64,000 nucleotides of DNA from Lytechinus pictus (Eukaryota). The notes under the pieces are model-generated. The model saw only the letters and a list, made by a program, of their open reading frames with translations. It was not told the DNA's origin and made no database searches. The stretch lies in NCBI RefSeq assembly GCF_037042905.1, contig NC_087258.1, positions 15,748,001-15,812,000 on the forward strand, given 5' to 3'. Below, one piece after another: positions 36,383 to 51,100 of the stretch. The translations under genes and the position numbers were made by a program. The first letter of the stretch is position 1, and every line of letters begins with the position of its first letter.

Positions 36383-39221
36383 TAGACGGGTCAATATATG
36401 GTTTGACCGGGAACAAATTGCAACAAATGAATTTTCAACGGTATTTTGTACTATTTGACCTCAAGAATAACATACTAAAAATCTACCAAAATCCGCATCC
36501 GGGAAAGTGGTTATTTTCAAGATGGCGTCCAAGATGGCCGCCATTCACTAAAAATGGATATAACTCACTCATTATCCACCCTAGAATTCTATTTGGGTTC
36601 ATATTCCATGTTTCAATGGGTAAAATAATTTATTTATACAAGTTGGAGTGAATATTAGCACTCCAGGGTACCAGGAAATCCAAGATGGCGCTCAAAATGA
36701 CTGCCGTAGTCTAAGAAATCCACAATTCATCTAATACTTACTGAAGTGGCTTTAATTTGGTTTCCATTCGATTGTTTTAATGATGAAGTACAACTGTAGT
36801 ACGTCGGATATGTTACAAGGACAGCCAGTGGTCTGGTGTGTCCAAAAATACAAGATGGCTTCCAAAAATTGAGTTTAAAATGGCTGTTAATCCTTAAAAT
36901 GGACATAGCTCATATCACATCCACCTGAGAGATATGATTTTGGTGTCTAGACCATGGTTTCAATTGTCAAATAATACATTGGGACAAGTTACAAGGACAG
37001 TCAGTGGTCCGGTATGTTAAAAAAACCAAGATGGCTTCAAAAAATTGAGTAAAAATGCTGTTGCTACTTAAAAAAACCCAACATAGTTTGTTCAATATCC
37101 GGGAATATGATTTTTGTGCCTATACCATGGTTAAAAAGGTCATATAATAAATTGGGATAAGTTACAAGGACGATTGGTGGTCAAGTATGTCCAAAAGTCC
37201 ACAGTGGCTTAAAAAATAGTATCAATTAGCCGTGATGGTATTTAAAAATGGACATAGTTCATGTTTTATTCGTCAAGGGCATATGAATTTGTTGCCTTTA
37301 TCATGGTCTCAAAAGGCAGAAAATTAGTTACAAGGACAGTCAGTGGTCCAGTATGTCGAAAATCTAAGAAAGCTGCCAAAAATCGGAGTCTAAAATGACT
37401 GCTGTTACTTTAAAAATGGACACAGTTCATTTAAAATCCACCTAGGAGATATGATTTCGGTGTCCACAATACATGGTTTCATAGTTAAAATAATACGTTT
37501 GGACTGGTTACATTGACATGCAGTTGTCCAGTTTGCCTAAAACACAAGAGGGTTTTAAAAAAAATTAATCTAAAACGACTCATATCATTCAATAGTGGTC
37601 AGAGTTCTACAATATTCATCTGCAAGACATAATGTTGGTGTCAAAATTGTGGTATGAAGGGTCAAATAATACATTCGGACAAGTAACAGGGATGGTTAGT
37701 ATTCCATTTTTTCAAAGAATCCATGATGGATTCTAAAATTTCATCAAAATGGGTGCTGTTACCAACTCATGAAACATTATGATAACTTGTCCCCATGCAT
37801 TTAAACGTAGGCACCAAGATTATTTCTAACAGGTAGATATTTTATTTAACAGTAGTCACTTTAGAACCCATTTTTTAAGCCAAGTTGGATTTTAAGGCAA
37901 AATGGATAGCTGCATATGGTAACCAGTCCCAAAGTATTGTTTGGCCCTTGAAACCCTAGTGTAGACACCAAAATAATATCCCCAAGGTGTATTTATAATG
38001 TTCTACATCCACTTTTAAGTAACAGCAGTCAATTAAGACCCCCATTTTTGAAGCTATCTTTGATTTTTGGACGTACCTGACACCTGACTGTCCTTAAAAC
38101 TTAAGCCAATGTATTGCTTGACCCTGCAAACTCGAGTATAGACAGCCAAATCATACCTCCAAGGTGTATTTATATTAAACTATGCATAATTTTAAGTAGC
38201 AACAGTCAATTTATACCCCATTTTTTATAAAGTAATCTTTGATTTTTTTAACATACAGACAACAGACTGGTCTTGTAACTTACCCTAGTGTATTACTTTA
38301 CCCTTGAAACCAGTGGTTTAGACATCAAAATCACATATCCCAGGCCAAAATGTAATGAGCTTTCTCCGCTTTAAGTATTGGCAGCCATTTCAGAATCAAT
38401 TTTGAGAATCCATCGAGGATTTTTGCACATACCAGACCACTAACTTTCCTTGTAATTTGTCCCAATGTATTATTTGACCCATTTAACCATGGTATAGACA
38501 CAAAAATCATATTTCTGGACATTGAGCAAACTATGGCGGGTTTTTTTAAGTAGCAACAGCAATTTTAGACTCCATTTTTGGAAGCCATCTTGGATTTTTT
38601 TCGACATAATGGACCACTGACATTCTTGTAACTTGTCCCAATGTATTATTTGACCATTGAAATCATGGTCTAGACACCAAAATCATGATGTCCCAGGCGG
38701 ATATAAAATGAACTATGTCCATTTTAATTATCAACAGCCATTTTAAACTCCAGTTTGGAAGCCATCTTGGATTTTTGGATACACCAAACCACTGGCTGTC
38801 TTTGTAACTTGTTTCAATGTACTATTTCACCCTCAAAAGCATTGAATAAAAAACAAATTTAGATGAATTGTGGATTTTCAGCCTACGGTAGCCATTTTGG
38901 GCGCCATCTTGGATTTGCCTGGTACACTGGAGGGCTTATAATTCAATCTAGCTTAAATCAATTTTTGTACCCCCAGACCATGGAATATGAACCGAAATGG
39001 GATTCTAGGGTTGATAATGTGTGTATCCATTTTCAGTGAATGGCGGCCATCTTGGACGCCATCTTGAAAATAACCACTTTCCCGGTTGCAGATTTTGGTA
39101 GATTTTTAATATGTTATTCCTGAGGTCAAATAGTACAAGATACCGTTGAAAAATAATTTGTTGCAATTTGTTGCAATTTGTTCCGGGTAAGGCTATCTTT
39201 GGTCGTATATTGACCCGTCTA
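36383..39221. mobile_element. 2.8-kb foldback element, TAG termini, 3-bp TSD (Academ-like, non-autonomous)
   Basis: TAGACGGGTCAATATA...TATATTGACCCGTCTA with CTA flanks. Arms mirror each other and contain ~170-bp tandem units rich in AAGATGGC. Confidence 0.85.
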
Positions 39222-39940
39222 CTAGCACTGTAACACGAGATATGTCGTTTACGGGTCGTTTACCCATTATATTAAAGGTAGTAAGTATGTGCTCAGCTGG
39301 CCTTGGAACACGAGATTGTTATAGGATGTCACAGGAGCTACTGTGTATGAATTGAATTGAATTTATAGGAACATCATCGGTATCTGCCAATGTTCTTTTC
39401 AAAACAAAAATAATGTAAATATATATACATGTAAAAGAGATAATAGATGTTCATGTACGAGTGCCTGGAGGCGGTATGTCAACTTATTTGTATATCAAAC
39501 ACTGCTATGCTCTCTCTGAGTTTAATTATAATACGAGAATATATGATCACTATTTAAGCTCAAGTATAATCATGAGAGCATTTATAAAGTCCTGCATAAA
39601 GTACACTAATTTTAAGAACTGCATTGTATGAGCCCAACTATATTCTGAAAGAAATATATGACGTAATACATTATTTTCAATATTTCAAGCACAATTTTCG
39701 TGAGTACATAGTGTATGAAGCACCGAAGCAAGCACAGTATTGTCAAGATCCGCACAGTATGGTGTGAACTACGTTATGTCTATCGGAGAGCTGCAATAAT
39801 ATTGTGTAAACAGTATGAGACTTGTATGACTGGTCACTACTCCTACAGATTTGCTCCCAGATTTAGATGTGGATATCAGACTGACTTTCAAGTCGTATCG
39901 ATTAATCAAAGACTTGTTGGATTTCATTTCTCGATTAAGG

Positions 39941-40086
39941 ATGGAGCCAATTCTATTCTTGATGACTGCAACTTTTGGACTGCTCACAGCCTGGATTATC
40001 AAACAATTGCTGATAGGGCGTCCAAAGAATCTACCACCCGGTCCTTCATGGATTCAGATTGTTAGTATAGCGTGGACAGCATGCAG
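39941..40086 (+). CDS. CYP coding exon 1
   Basis: [15 protein letters not shown]...LPPGP; donor GTAAGT at 40087. Confidence 0.85.
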
Positions 40087-43000
40087 GTAAGTTGCAGAAT
40101 TTAATTTGAATCAAACAATCGGGATGATCCTCTATCGGATTGTTCTTAAAATTTTGAAATTCGAGGGGGGGCGTTGTCCAACCCCCCCCCCCCCCTCTGG
40201 CAGTGGGCCCATAGAAATTACTATCACCAGTATCATTACTTGCAGAAGTATAAGTGGATAAGGATAATGGATATAACCATTACACTGTAAGTCCGATGTT
40301 TTGGAGGGGTATCTTTCGCAACTGTTGTAAATGTATCCTTAAAAGTTCACCTTGTTATCCATATAAAGTATTCCAAATGCAGTAGAAGTACTTAACGAAA
40401 TGAAAGTGAAGGATTTCTTTCCCGTCTGTACAGGGCTGGATTGAACCCTCTGACTGTCTTATCATCATGGGCTAAGAAGTACGGTGAGATCGTATCCTTC
40501 TACGTTGGCACGAAGCCTTTCGTCATCCTCAACTCTTATCCAATCATCGTAGAGGCCTTCCGACATCCTGATCTTCAAGATCGACCTCAAAGTAGAATGC
40601 GGGAAGAGGTTGTCGGGCCAGACTGCAAAGGTAAGATATCAAACTTTCATGCTGAACATTTAACCCACAGGTGGTTCTGAGATGAGTCAGGAATCGGATA
40701 TTCTGAAAAGGATTTTCCCAACCAATCATCGATCCCTGTTCACTCCTATGCAGGGTGCAACATAACTTTTTAGAAGCGCTTGCCCGGTCGGGCAAGTAAA
40801 TTTTCAAATAGTTGGAATATACTTTCCCAAAAATCTTTATCACTTGCCCGAAAAAATCCTTGAAAAAAAATGTTTACTTCTTCGAAAGAAAGTTTAGCGG
40901 TTTTACAAACCATTGACCTTTTTCTCTCTTTTGACATGAACTGACCTACCTTGTTATTGCATTTTTTCCAAAGTGATTTTTATCTTGCCTGCCATGACCA
41001 AAATTAGAGTCAATATCATATCATATCAACCCTAAGTTTGGGCCATTCTACTGTGAGAATTTTGCTTGCCCTATTCGGGCAAGTAGTTTTGGTCTCTACT
41101 TCAAAACGCTTGCCCGACTCTAAATTTTACTTGCCCCGGGCAATCGGGCAAGAGCTTATGTAGCACCCTGCTCCTATGCTATCTTCTGTTCTATCCATCA
41201 TCACATCCACACTTCTTTTTTCAATACCCATAGGTGTGGTTTTAGCTAGCGGTCTGGTTTGGAAGGAGCAGCGGAAGTTCATCCATTCTGTTTTCAGGAG
41301 TCTTGGTGTTGGAAAGAAGAGCTACGAAGATACTGTTCTAGCCGAGATGACCCAGCTCTGTACGAGCATTGAAGAGAAGAGGGGTTCTCCTATTGATCCT
41401 AGTATTTTCTTTATGCAAGCGATTTCAAACATCATTTGCTCTGTGGTCCTTGGAACTCAGTACAAGTACGACGACGCCGACTTCCAGCAGGTTAGCTTTA
41501 TAGGGCTTTTATCAAGTTGTACTGATAATGAATAGACTTTATGCGTTGACGTGATCGTGTCGCCATTTTAGAGGCTGAAGCCATTGCCTGACATGCGTTT
41601 CTGAGCTGCAGCTGGCTCATCTTCCTTTACGGGTATTCCTATATATTCTCAAGGAGGGCGCTATGAGATTATGACGTCATATGTGCATATTTAGCAAAGT
41701 AAACTCGAAATGAATTTTTATGTTTAGAAGAATATTAATTTTAAAAAAGAGGAATTATAGAATATCATGGTCAAGGAATGTGAGAGAAAATTAATGATCT
41801 CGGTCTTTTCGGACCCAAAACACCTTGAAAACACCAGCCTCCAAGCTCAACTCCTTATAACTTGATTGAACCTCGTCTTTTAGGCAATGATGTTTTAGAT
41901 TTTAGTGATCTCGAGCAAGGCACGCATACACCTTTGTCACAACCACTACATCTAGTAAAACTTCAGTGTCATGACTGAACGTAAATTACAAAGTCATTTC
42001 AAGCCTGATGCACGTGGCACTCTCCATCCAGGGCCCTATACGATGTCCATCAATTGATTGTAAGGCTAAGTCGTACGATTGATTGCAATATTATACTGTG
42101 TATAATCAATCCTACAAAATCAGTTTTATTATCGGTCGCTTTGCTCTGTGTTCCGCCTCACACATATCACAAGTATCCAATATGATGGAAACAAAAGGGC
42201 TCGGTTTTGTCGCGAAATAAAATGCTTTGGTGCAATGCGAATAAACGAGATTAAAGAATCGCATTTCATTTCGAATTCCTAATAATTCTCTCGCCAACTT
42301 TTCATGAATATCTTTCTTACTTTTCATGAAGATCTTTGTAATTATTATTGTAAATACGTTATATTCAACATCTCGTTCACTTGTGGTTCCAAAAATTTCA
42401 AAAACTTTGGGGGAAAGATCCTTTGCTCATGCGTGCCTGTATAATGGACCAGACTTCCTGAAGACATCAAAAATTGTATCTCTGTCGAGTCTTTCCAAAA
42501 TATTCTTAAAACCTTTCTTTGTACTTCTTAATTTCTTTATGCGCCTTGAGCACTCTACAGAATGGATTTGGCGCTTGATAAGTCACATGTAATATCATAA
42601 ATACATAAAAAATGATAATTCTCTCACTATTTCTGCTGTTTAGATATTAAAAATTCTGAACGATAATATGAGGCAGTCGGGAGCCGGTGGAACACTCTTC
42701 TTTTTCCCTCTTCCTGGAATTTCAAAGATTCCATTCGGAAAGGTAAAAACCATGGTGGATAACTTCAAGACATTCCAAGAATTTATTGCGTCACAGATTG
42801 AATCTCACGAAGTGAACTTTGACCCAGACAATCCAAGGGATTTCGTTGACCAATATCTTATTAAGATGTCAGAAATTGAGGTATTTATACATAAGAATTG
42901 TTATTTTTATCATGGGAAAAACATAAAATAAGAGATAATAAAATGTTAAAATAAGTAGATTATGATAATTGCAGTTTTGTAGTGTTTTTTCTTTTTTTTT

Positions 43001-45281
43001 ACATTTTAGTAAATGATAGGATTTTGAAACCATCCAGAATGATATTATTTTCGTGAATTCACGATAATTATGAAACCAAATGAAGTTAAGGAAACACAAA
43101 CCCTAAAACACAACCACTATTGACAACTGTGCTATCGAGATCTGCTGCCTTAAACCGGGGAATTCGCTACGTCGCTTGAAGCAATGTGGACACCATCTTG
43201 GTTAGCCCTTCAAGTTTTGACTCTCGTTGGCCCTATCTTGCCAAGAGTTGCAATCGGTTCGGATTAAATTTAACATTGCGACTGCTCATGTCCCGTTTCT
43301 GTCATTAACCACTCTAGAATGTAGATCATTTTGGATGTCGCATTTGTGTCTCTTTCCCCTTGCATTGGCGAAAACTACCTAATGAAATAGCTGAGTAATA
43401 TGGTATTCCTTCTCCATATTGTTTCTTTTTTCGAATTCAGGACTCCAATTCGCCGTTCACCAAGATGAACTTGAATAGCTGTATCGCAGACCTTTTCATA
43501 GCTGGCTCCGAAACCACGGCCACGACCCTGACATGGTGTATTCTCTTCATGATGGCCTACCCGGAGGTTCAATCACGTGTTCAAGAAGAACTCGATCACG
43601 TGGTCGGCAGAGAACGTCTTCCAAGACTGAATGACCAGGGGAACCTTCCTTACACCTGTGCTGTACTAATGGAGGTAATTGATGTACTATTATGAGCAAG
43701 TGTAGGAACCCCTTCAAATAGCTACTATGCTCGAGAATGAGAAGCTCATGCTCCCTGATTCGAAAGGTTCGAAATGTGAAGAACTGGAAAGCAGGCACCG
43801 CTTCATTGTTTTTGGTGGACGACCTCTTAAGGCAATACCAAAGTCTTTTTGATAATTTTATCGTCATGATCAAGGTCCCGAAATCTAGTTTTAAAGTTTG
43901 TCTCATAGTAAACTCACGTTCTTGATGTCGGTTTATCAAGAGAGAAACTGAATATATAGTTCATAGTCATAAGCTATCTGACGAAACAATCACAACAGCG
44001 AACCACTATTTAGACAAATACGTGTATTTCCTTTCTGTTATTCTTAAAAGGTACAGCGGAAAGGCGTCATCGCTCCACTAGGTGTACCTCATCAGGCTGC
44101 TGCTGACACCACGATAGGAGGCTATACCATACCGAAGGGCGCCACCATTGTGTCTAACATCTTCGAAGTTCTGAACAACGAGGACCTGTGGAAAAACCCA
44201 GACGCCTTTGAACCTGAGAGGTTCCTCATTCAAAAAGGAGAGGTCGTAAAGAGAGACGAATTGATATTTTTCAGCACGGGTAAGATCAAGGCCCGGTTGC
44301 ATGAGAAGTAATCGCGAGTGTTCGCAACCACTACCCAGACGGTTTCTGAAATCTAATGAAAATGCTTGTCCAATCACAATGAACGGCTCAGAGGTCACTG
44401 TCGAGAATTGGTGAACCGGGACAGCAGACCTTCCTAAGATTCGGAGCTGACGAAAAATTGCAGATATGTAGTTTGTCCAGAGTCACGGACGGCACTGCTG
44501 TTTTGATTCACCGATTTTCGACAAAGGCTGCCATGTTATGAAGGGCTTGACAATAGATTATCTACGTTCCAGAAAGCGTCTGCGAAGTGGTTGCAAAATT
44601 CCCTATTGTAAAACTGTAACATCCAAAATGTAACTCCAATGGAACCCTTGATTTTGATTGGCTGATGAGCATTGTCACCATGGCAGTTAACCATTGGAAG
44701 TGAAAGTAACAGGGGTACTTATGTTATGAACGGGACTCGGTATATAATGTTCTTGCTGTATCATTATATAATCAGTTAGCAAAGTATTCGATTGTGAATA
44801 AGTAACATTTAGTCTGCGGTGGGACAATGGATTCTTTATCATACGGCTGCATTTACATTTCCCCATGTGGCCTTGTAGAATTCGTCATTCCTCGTCAGTT
44901 GTATCATTGACGATTGACCCCATAGGCAGAGTGTCTATGACTCTTATATGAATAAATTGGGTTATCAAAGAAAAAACATTCCGAATCCCCTTTGTCTTTG
45001 AAATAATTCTTTCGTTTTCAATCATTTATATTTTCACCTAACGACTTATAACATTTACCAATAAAATGTATCTTTGTTTTTATGACCTTGTTCCTCTAGG
45101 TCGCCGTGTGTGTCTTGGAGAACAGCTTGCCCGGATGGAGACATTCTTGGGGTTTACAAGTCTCCTTCAACGATTCACATTCAAGAAACCTGACAGCTCA
45201 CTTACCCTTTCTTTTGATGGTGTCTTAGGCGTGACTCGAAACCCCCAACCTTATCTGACAAGTGCAATTCCAAGATACTGA
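39941..45281 (+). CDS. Cytochrome P450, CYP2 clan (CYP2J/2U-like), 7 coding exons, 493 aa
   Basis: Exons 39941-40086, 40434-40630, 41234-41490, 42644-42880, 43441-43674, 44051-44279, 45100-45281; all GT-AG and in phase. Signal anchor plus PPGP, WKEQRKF, AGSETT, EVQR, PERF, FSTGRRVCLG. Confidence 0.95.
40434..40630 (+). CDS. CYP coding exon 2
   Basis: [14 protein letters not shown]...QDRP; CAG acceptor, GTAAG donor. Confidence 0.92.
40751..41170. mobile_element. hAT-like MITE in CYP intron
   Basis: CAGGGTGC...GCACCCTG TIRs; perfect 8-bp TSD CTCCTATG (40743-40750, 41171-41178). Confidence 0.85.
41234..41490 (+). CDS. CYP coding exon 3
   Basis: [16 protein letters not shown]...SNIICSVV. Confidence 0.93.
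42365..42600 (+). mobile_element. L2-like LINE 3' remnant
   Basis: [19 protein letters not shown]-terminal motif and GCGCCTTGAGCA...GGCGC 3' end. Confidence 0.55.
42644..42880 (+). CDS. CYP coding exon 4
   Basis: ...[14 protein letters not shown]. Confidence 0.93.
43441..43674 (+). CDS. CYP coding exon 5
   Basis: I-helix [10 protein letters not shown]; [10 protein letters not shown]. Confidence 0.95.
44051..44279 (+). CDS. CYP coding exon 6
   Basis: VQR...GYTIPKG...FEPERF...FST. Confidence 0.95.
45100..45281 (+). CDS. CYP coding exon 7
   Basis: [14 protein letters not shown] heme motif; TGA at 45279-45281. Confidence 0.95.
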
Positions 45282-45887
45282 CATTTCATTAGGTTACCAG
45301 TTTTCTATTTCGATGATGACAAGTAGGCTATAATGATGGTAGACGTTCTCTCTGAAGGCTACACATGCAATTACCATTTTAAAAATATTCGTCAAACCTT
45401 GATAGAGTCCTTTTAAATAGTCATTGAAATGCTTAGTCACAAAGGCCCTTTGGGCTTTGATAATAATAAATCATGTGACTCACAAAGCACCAAACCCATT
45501 TTGAAGAGTGCACAAATAATAAGTAAATAGCGGAGTCTTAAGAACGTTTTGAATGACTCATCAGAGATACAATTTTTTATGTCTGCAAGAAGTTTTATCC
45601 ACAGTGAAGGGTCGAGAGAGAAGGGTCTGTCCCCCTAAATATTGTAAAACTTTTGGAACCTAAGGTTCAAGGCGTATCCATATGATTCAGCTACGTGTAA
45701 ATATTGCAAACAGATCCAGATCATTAAAAAACTGGATAGATCAACAACATGCTCGTTTGAGCCCTACCAGAAACACTTAAAAAGTGCTCCAAAAGGTCAA
45801 GCGCGCACAAAGTTCAACATATTTTTTTCTCTTACCTGGGTGTGCGTGTTGTTTTTTCGTGTTGATATGGCACCATATATACTGTAA

Positions 45888-46502
45888 AAGGTAAAGTCCA
45901 CTCCACCCCCAAAAAAAGACATGTTGATTTGAATCAATAGTGAAAAATCAAACATGAATAATGCTTATAGTTTTCTTCAAAATTGGATGAATAATAAGAA
46001 AGTTATGACATTTCAGAGTTTCGCTTATTTTTCACAAAACAGTTGTATGCATAATTCAGTGATATGCAAATGAGAGTCGATGATCTCCCACACTCACTAT
46101 TTCTTTTGTTCTTTATTGTTTGCATTATACAATATTTCAATTTTTGCTTATTTGACAGTGAGGACCAACTTGACTGAACCACAAAATGTTAAAACAATGA
46201 TTGCAACTCTACATGTTCAGGGAGAAAGAAGACTGTTTCACAGGAGAATGCGGAGAAAATTAGAATATTTCATATTTCACATAATAAAATACAAAAAAAA
46301 ATAGTGAGTGAGTGATGTGATCGGTCCCCTTATTGCATACTGGCCAGGATGTGCATATAACTGTTTTGTGAAATAAAGCGAGACTTTAGAATGTCATAAC
46401 TTTCTTATTTTTCATCCGATTTGATAAAATTTTCAGTGTTGTGCATGTTGGATATTTTTATTTTTATTCAAGTCAACTTTTTGTTGGCGTGGACTTGTCC
46501 TT
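45888..46502. mobile_element. Kolobok-like MITE (degenerate)
   Basis: AAGGTAAAGTCCAC...GTGGACTTGTCCTT ends; related right end at ~1700-1729. Confidence 0.55.
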
Positions 46503-47549
46503 GAATTGTGTGATGGTGTACTTTTCCTTTTCCTGTAGCATACAACGAACCTTATCAAGTCTTTTATATCGATGATCAAGATGTCTGCGAGCTCTATACA
46601 TTTTTTATGGTAAGGTGAACGGTTTGTCATTGAACGAAAATAACCATATTAATAATTATTATAATAATAAATAATAGGGACATTAGATCCTACATCAATT
46701 AATATTCCCGAAATCTAATGAATGCATCCACCTTCAAACTTTACCAAAATTAAAAGTAATAATTCGTGTGTTTTTTTACATCAGTATATTTCAATTTGCT
46801 AACATGTTTTAATTTTCTACAGAATATAAGAATTTATTTTTAGATTATTCTAGATTTAGATCTTTAGAGCTATGTTATTTATTTTTATGAATTGAACCCC
46901 TGAACAAGTAGAGCAATATTTTACTTGTTATGTCACGGTCGTCGGGTTTAGTACAGCCCCATCTCCCACACATCTTACTCTTAACACGTAGTATTACTCT
47001 TTGGGCAAAAGGTACATCCTTTATAAAACATTTTAGTCTTGATTTTTTATACCATCGCAATTTGACCCTAAACACGTAGCTTCCTAGCGAAAATAGATAC
47101 CTTTTTTCATTATTTTAGTGTTTTTGACACCCTTATTACGTTACGTACGTAACGTACCCTTGAAAACATCCTTTTTACGTGTTTTGGGGTCGCGCATGGT
47201 ATCCACTCGTCAATGCAAGTGCCCCCCCCCCCCGGATACACACACACCCTCACACGCACAACATTTCATTGCATACAAACTCGGTATATCAAATTCAGTA
47301 CGCGTACCAATCAACGTTTGTTCGGTATCATTTATTTCCACTATCGAAATTTTCCCAATAAAACTTGAGTATATAGATTCAGTAATAACTGGTAACAAGA
47401 AAATCGTGCATGCGAGAAATTGGTTAGTTGAATACTCAATACATTTTCAGCATACGTTTTCCGAACGACGCAAATGTTTGCCAAGGCTTTCCCGATACTT
47501 CAGTACACAGTGTGCGTATAGATGCCAAGTCAATTATTTGAAGGTTTAA

Positions 47550-48126
47550 AGGGATGGTCCGGGCTGAACGTATTTATAGCTTAATAAATAAAGTAGAATT
47601 CACTGAGCAAAATGCCGAAAATTTCATCAAAATTGGATAACAAATAACAAAGTTATTGAATTGTAAAGTTTGTAAAGCTATATTTTGTGAAAACAGTAGT
47701 CATGAATATTCATAAGTTCGACTGATGATGTCACACCCCCACTTGTTCTTCTGTATTTTATCATATGAAATTAGGTTTATTAAAAATTTTCCTACAAGAA
47801 CGAGAAAAAAAATTGGATTGACAACTGATTTAGTGCATTAGATATTTATTGCTGCAACTTATTTCATTATAAGGGAGACATATTATTCACACAAGTATGA
47901 AATAATGAAAAAAAAATTATGTAATAACATAAGAAAACGGAAAGTGGGGATGTGACATCAACCCACCTAATGAATATTCATGACGACTGTTTTCACAAAA
48001 TATTGCTAAACTTTAAACTTAAATAACATTATTTGTTATCCGATTTTGATGAAATTTTCGGCATTTTGCTCGGTGAATTCTACTCTATGTATTAAGATAT
48101 AAATATTTTCAGCCCAGACCATCCCT
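47550..48126. mobile_element. Kolobok-like MITE
   Basis: AGGGATGGTC...GACCATCCCT long TIRs; TTAA TSD at 47546-47549 and 48127-48130. Confidence 0.85.
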
Positions 48127-51100
48127 TTAAGAAGTGCATCACAGATGCAGTTCATTTACTTTCTTTATCGAGTGTCTCGTTGGTTAACTAATCGGTTCAA
48201 TGACATTTGCTCCGGCGAAAATTGCTCCGATTGAAAATCTGCACGTTAAGCCAAACTGTCCTCTAAAAGTGAATAACCCTAATCATTTTCTTTACATTAT
48301 TCTGTACCAAAAACTCTACTACAACCTTTGAGTTGAGTTTAACTCTAACCAAGCTATGCCGTCTGAAATCGATATAAAGGCCAGGAGCAAATGCCGCAGG
48401 AGCAAATGTCGTGTCAACGTTAATTACCTGGAACTTTTCACAAAACATTTCCCAGTCTAAATTTGCGCGTAAACATGCTACAATCAATTATTACTAAACA
48501 CACGTTTCTACCATGCCTACGACTCGTTATATTGCCTAGACTTACTAAGATTTCGAGCATACGGTCTCGTAGACTACCTAAAAACAATTATCCGTTAAAT
48601 CTTACACGCAAAAAACTTGTATGAAGTTATAAACAGGTTTGTTCATCAATATTTCAGCTAATTATTGGAAACAGTTGTGGGAACGAACTCTTATAGTACA
48701 AGCAATGGAATCAAATAACTTACAATTAACAGATTAAGTTTCAATGAAATAGAATACAAAAAAGGGAGATCAGTCGACCCCATAATTCGAAGGAATATAT
48801 CAACCCTGATAATCAGAATCTCAAACACGCACACTACCCTGTACACAAATACGGTTTCTCGAGTCAATTCATACTCAATATTGCTTGACTTTTGTATAAT
48901 AGTCCATGATTATATTAGCAACGTATTTCTATTTCCCATCAATATTCATCTTCCATCGTAACTATAAGAAAGTGCAATCTGTTTTATTAAACTATACATT
49001 ATAGCCGACACCAGTTTCACAATATCTTGAACTTTATTTTCACCATTTATTGTTTATGTGACTTTTCACTTCCTCCGCATACAGGCGATACAGCGTTCCC
49101 ACAAGTTATCTGGGATAAAAAAAAATTTGAGTCCGTGCTTTAAAATAATGCTAGGCTTCATTTTCCTTCTCAAACTTTTGACAAAGTTAATACAAGAATG
49201 TATTGATACTGATCTTGTACTCAATAATATCCCAGTACCCGCTGTTAAACGCACTCTTTCAAACTTTTCATAACGATTCAAAGATAAAACTTTGCATTAG
49301 ATAGATGTGTAGACCTAAATTCTCGCAGTCGAACCTGTGTTTTGTCATCAAAATATCACCCAAGATTCTATTCTTGGTTCGAAGTGGGGATTCATTAAAA
49401 AAAAAGTAACTCGACGTCACATTGATGGAAACGGCGCGTAATTCGAAATACTGTTTTGCAAGGCGGACCAAGACATTAAAAAATATTTATTCGGTCATGT
49501 GGTCATCAATAACTGTTAACGTGTATTTCATGTAATCGGCAACAAAGAGGACCAATAGCTTCTTAATAACGACTTGGCAATATTTCTAAACACACACATG
49601 CACCATGAAAGACAAAGGATTGAAAGACACCAAAATCTATTAGTATTATTCACACCAAAATAAAGTGAGAATCGAAAATTCCTGCCAATATCTCTATGAA
49701 CTTCTATGAATGAATATTGCCGTATTTCATTTTTCGTCAACTTAATAAAGTTTCATTACATAACAGTCGATTATATTTTCCTTAATATTCAATGAATGAC
49801 TTTCATAACTAAATATACATATGAAAAGATAATTTTAGAACAATCCAAAAATCGTGGAAAAAATGTTCTATCCAAAGATAAATAATTGTTTATAGAATAT
49901 TTACAGTTTATAATAAAGGTTTGAAGTTCTTTGAACTAAATATATAGTCTATAACATAAAGGTTATATATCGTTTTAAATGCACAAGTATCAAAATGTGT
50001 GTAACGTTGAAAAACTAGAACCGGGATTTATCAGCCGTACGGCGAGTCGAAAACAGCCGTTTTAACATCTTTTCTTATTTTTGACTCGCCATACGGCCGC
50101 CGTAGGGAAAATGTGACTGCGCCATAAACGTAAAAAGGAGTTGTATTTGTCTTATACGAGCAATTTTATATTCATAATTGTGATAAAGATAATGATCAAT
50201 TGTTGATTAATCCCGGTTAAGTATTTTCTTTGATACGCTGTTCGTTTATATATACCGTACTATATACCATAAATTTGAAATAATAAAGTTCATTTTAATA
50301 CTCTAAATATACTATATGTAAATACTCTAAAGTGGTATTTCGAATTCTTATTTCAGTTAGTGATCAATTTTATCTCAATATCAAATCAATTCTTTATGCA
50401 ATAAACTGCGTAGTTTTCTCCTAAATGAAAAAAGGGTGTAAATAGCATGTTTTGTATGATTAAATATTAATATCACATTGTATTTCTAAAGAATATTAAA
50501 ACATATATACATACCAGCAATATTTTTTTTAATCACCTCGTTTTAATTACATCTTAATAAAGATTTTAAGAGTAAAAGCTTGAGTTTTTTTTTCTTTACA
50601 TCACGCAGAAATGACTTTTAAGTCTTACATCATGTGATGAAACAAGATAATAGAGAAATGTAAAAGAAAATCATCCCATAGCATAGAATCATTCGTATAA
50701 TGGCGCAAAAAACACTCCATTACTCCGGAAGAAAAAGTTGTATTAGGAAATTTGGTTGATGATTCTACATTTCTTAATCAAACCATATTGACATGATTAG
50801 GATCATTCGTTCAGAGATATAGGTAGTGTTAAAGAATGTATTCATATAAAAAGAATAATGGTGACTCATTTCGTATTAAAGTAAAAGTATCATTTACTCT
50901 TTTCTTTTTTAAAATAACCAAGCGATTCTTATAATGAGACACCAATACCAATACAATACTTGAAGCAAATTCCCATTGTTTCATTATGAAACGTAAATAT
51001 TCATTACAGCGTTATAATCTTCACTTGGGAGGTGGATACAGATATGTAACTAATTTCAAAATGTTCCAAGAGGGTGCTTAAACATTTTTATAGATTCCTT

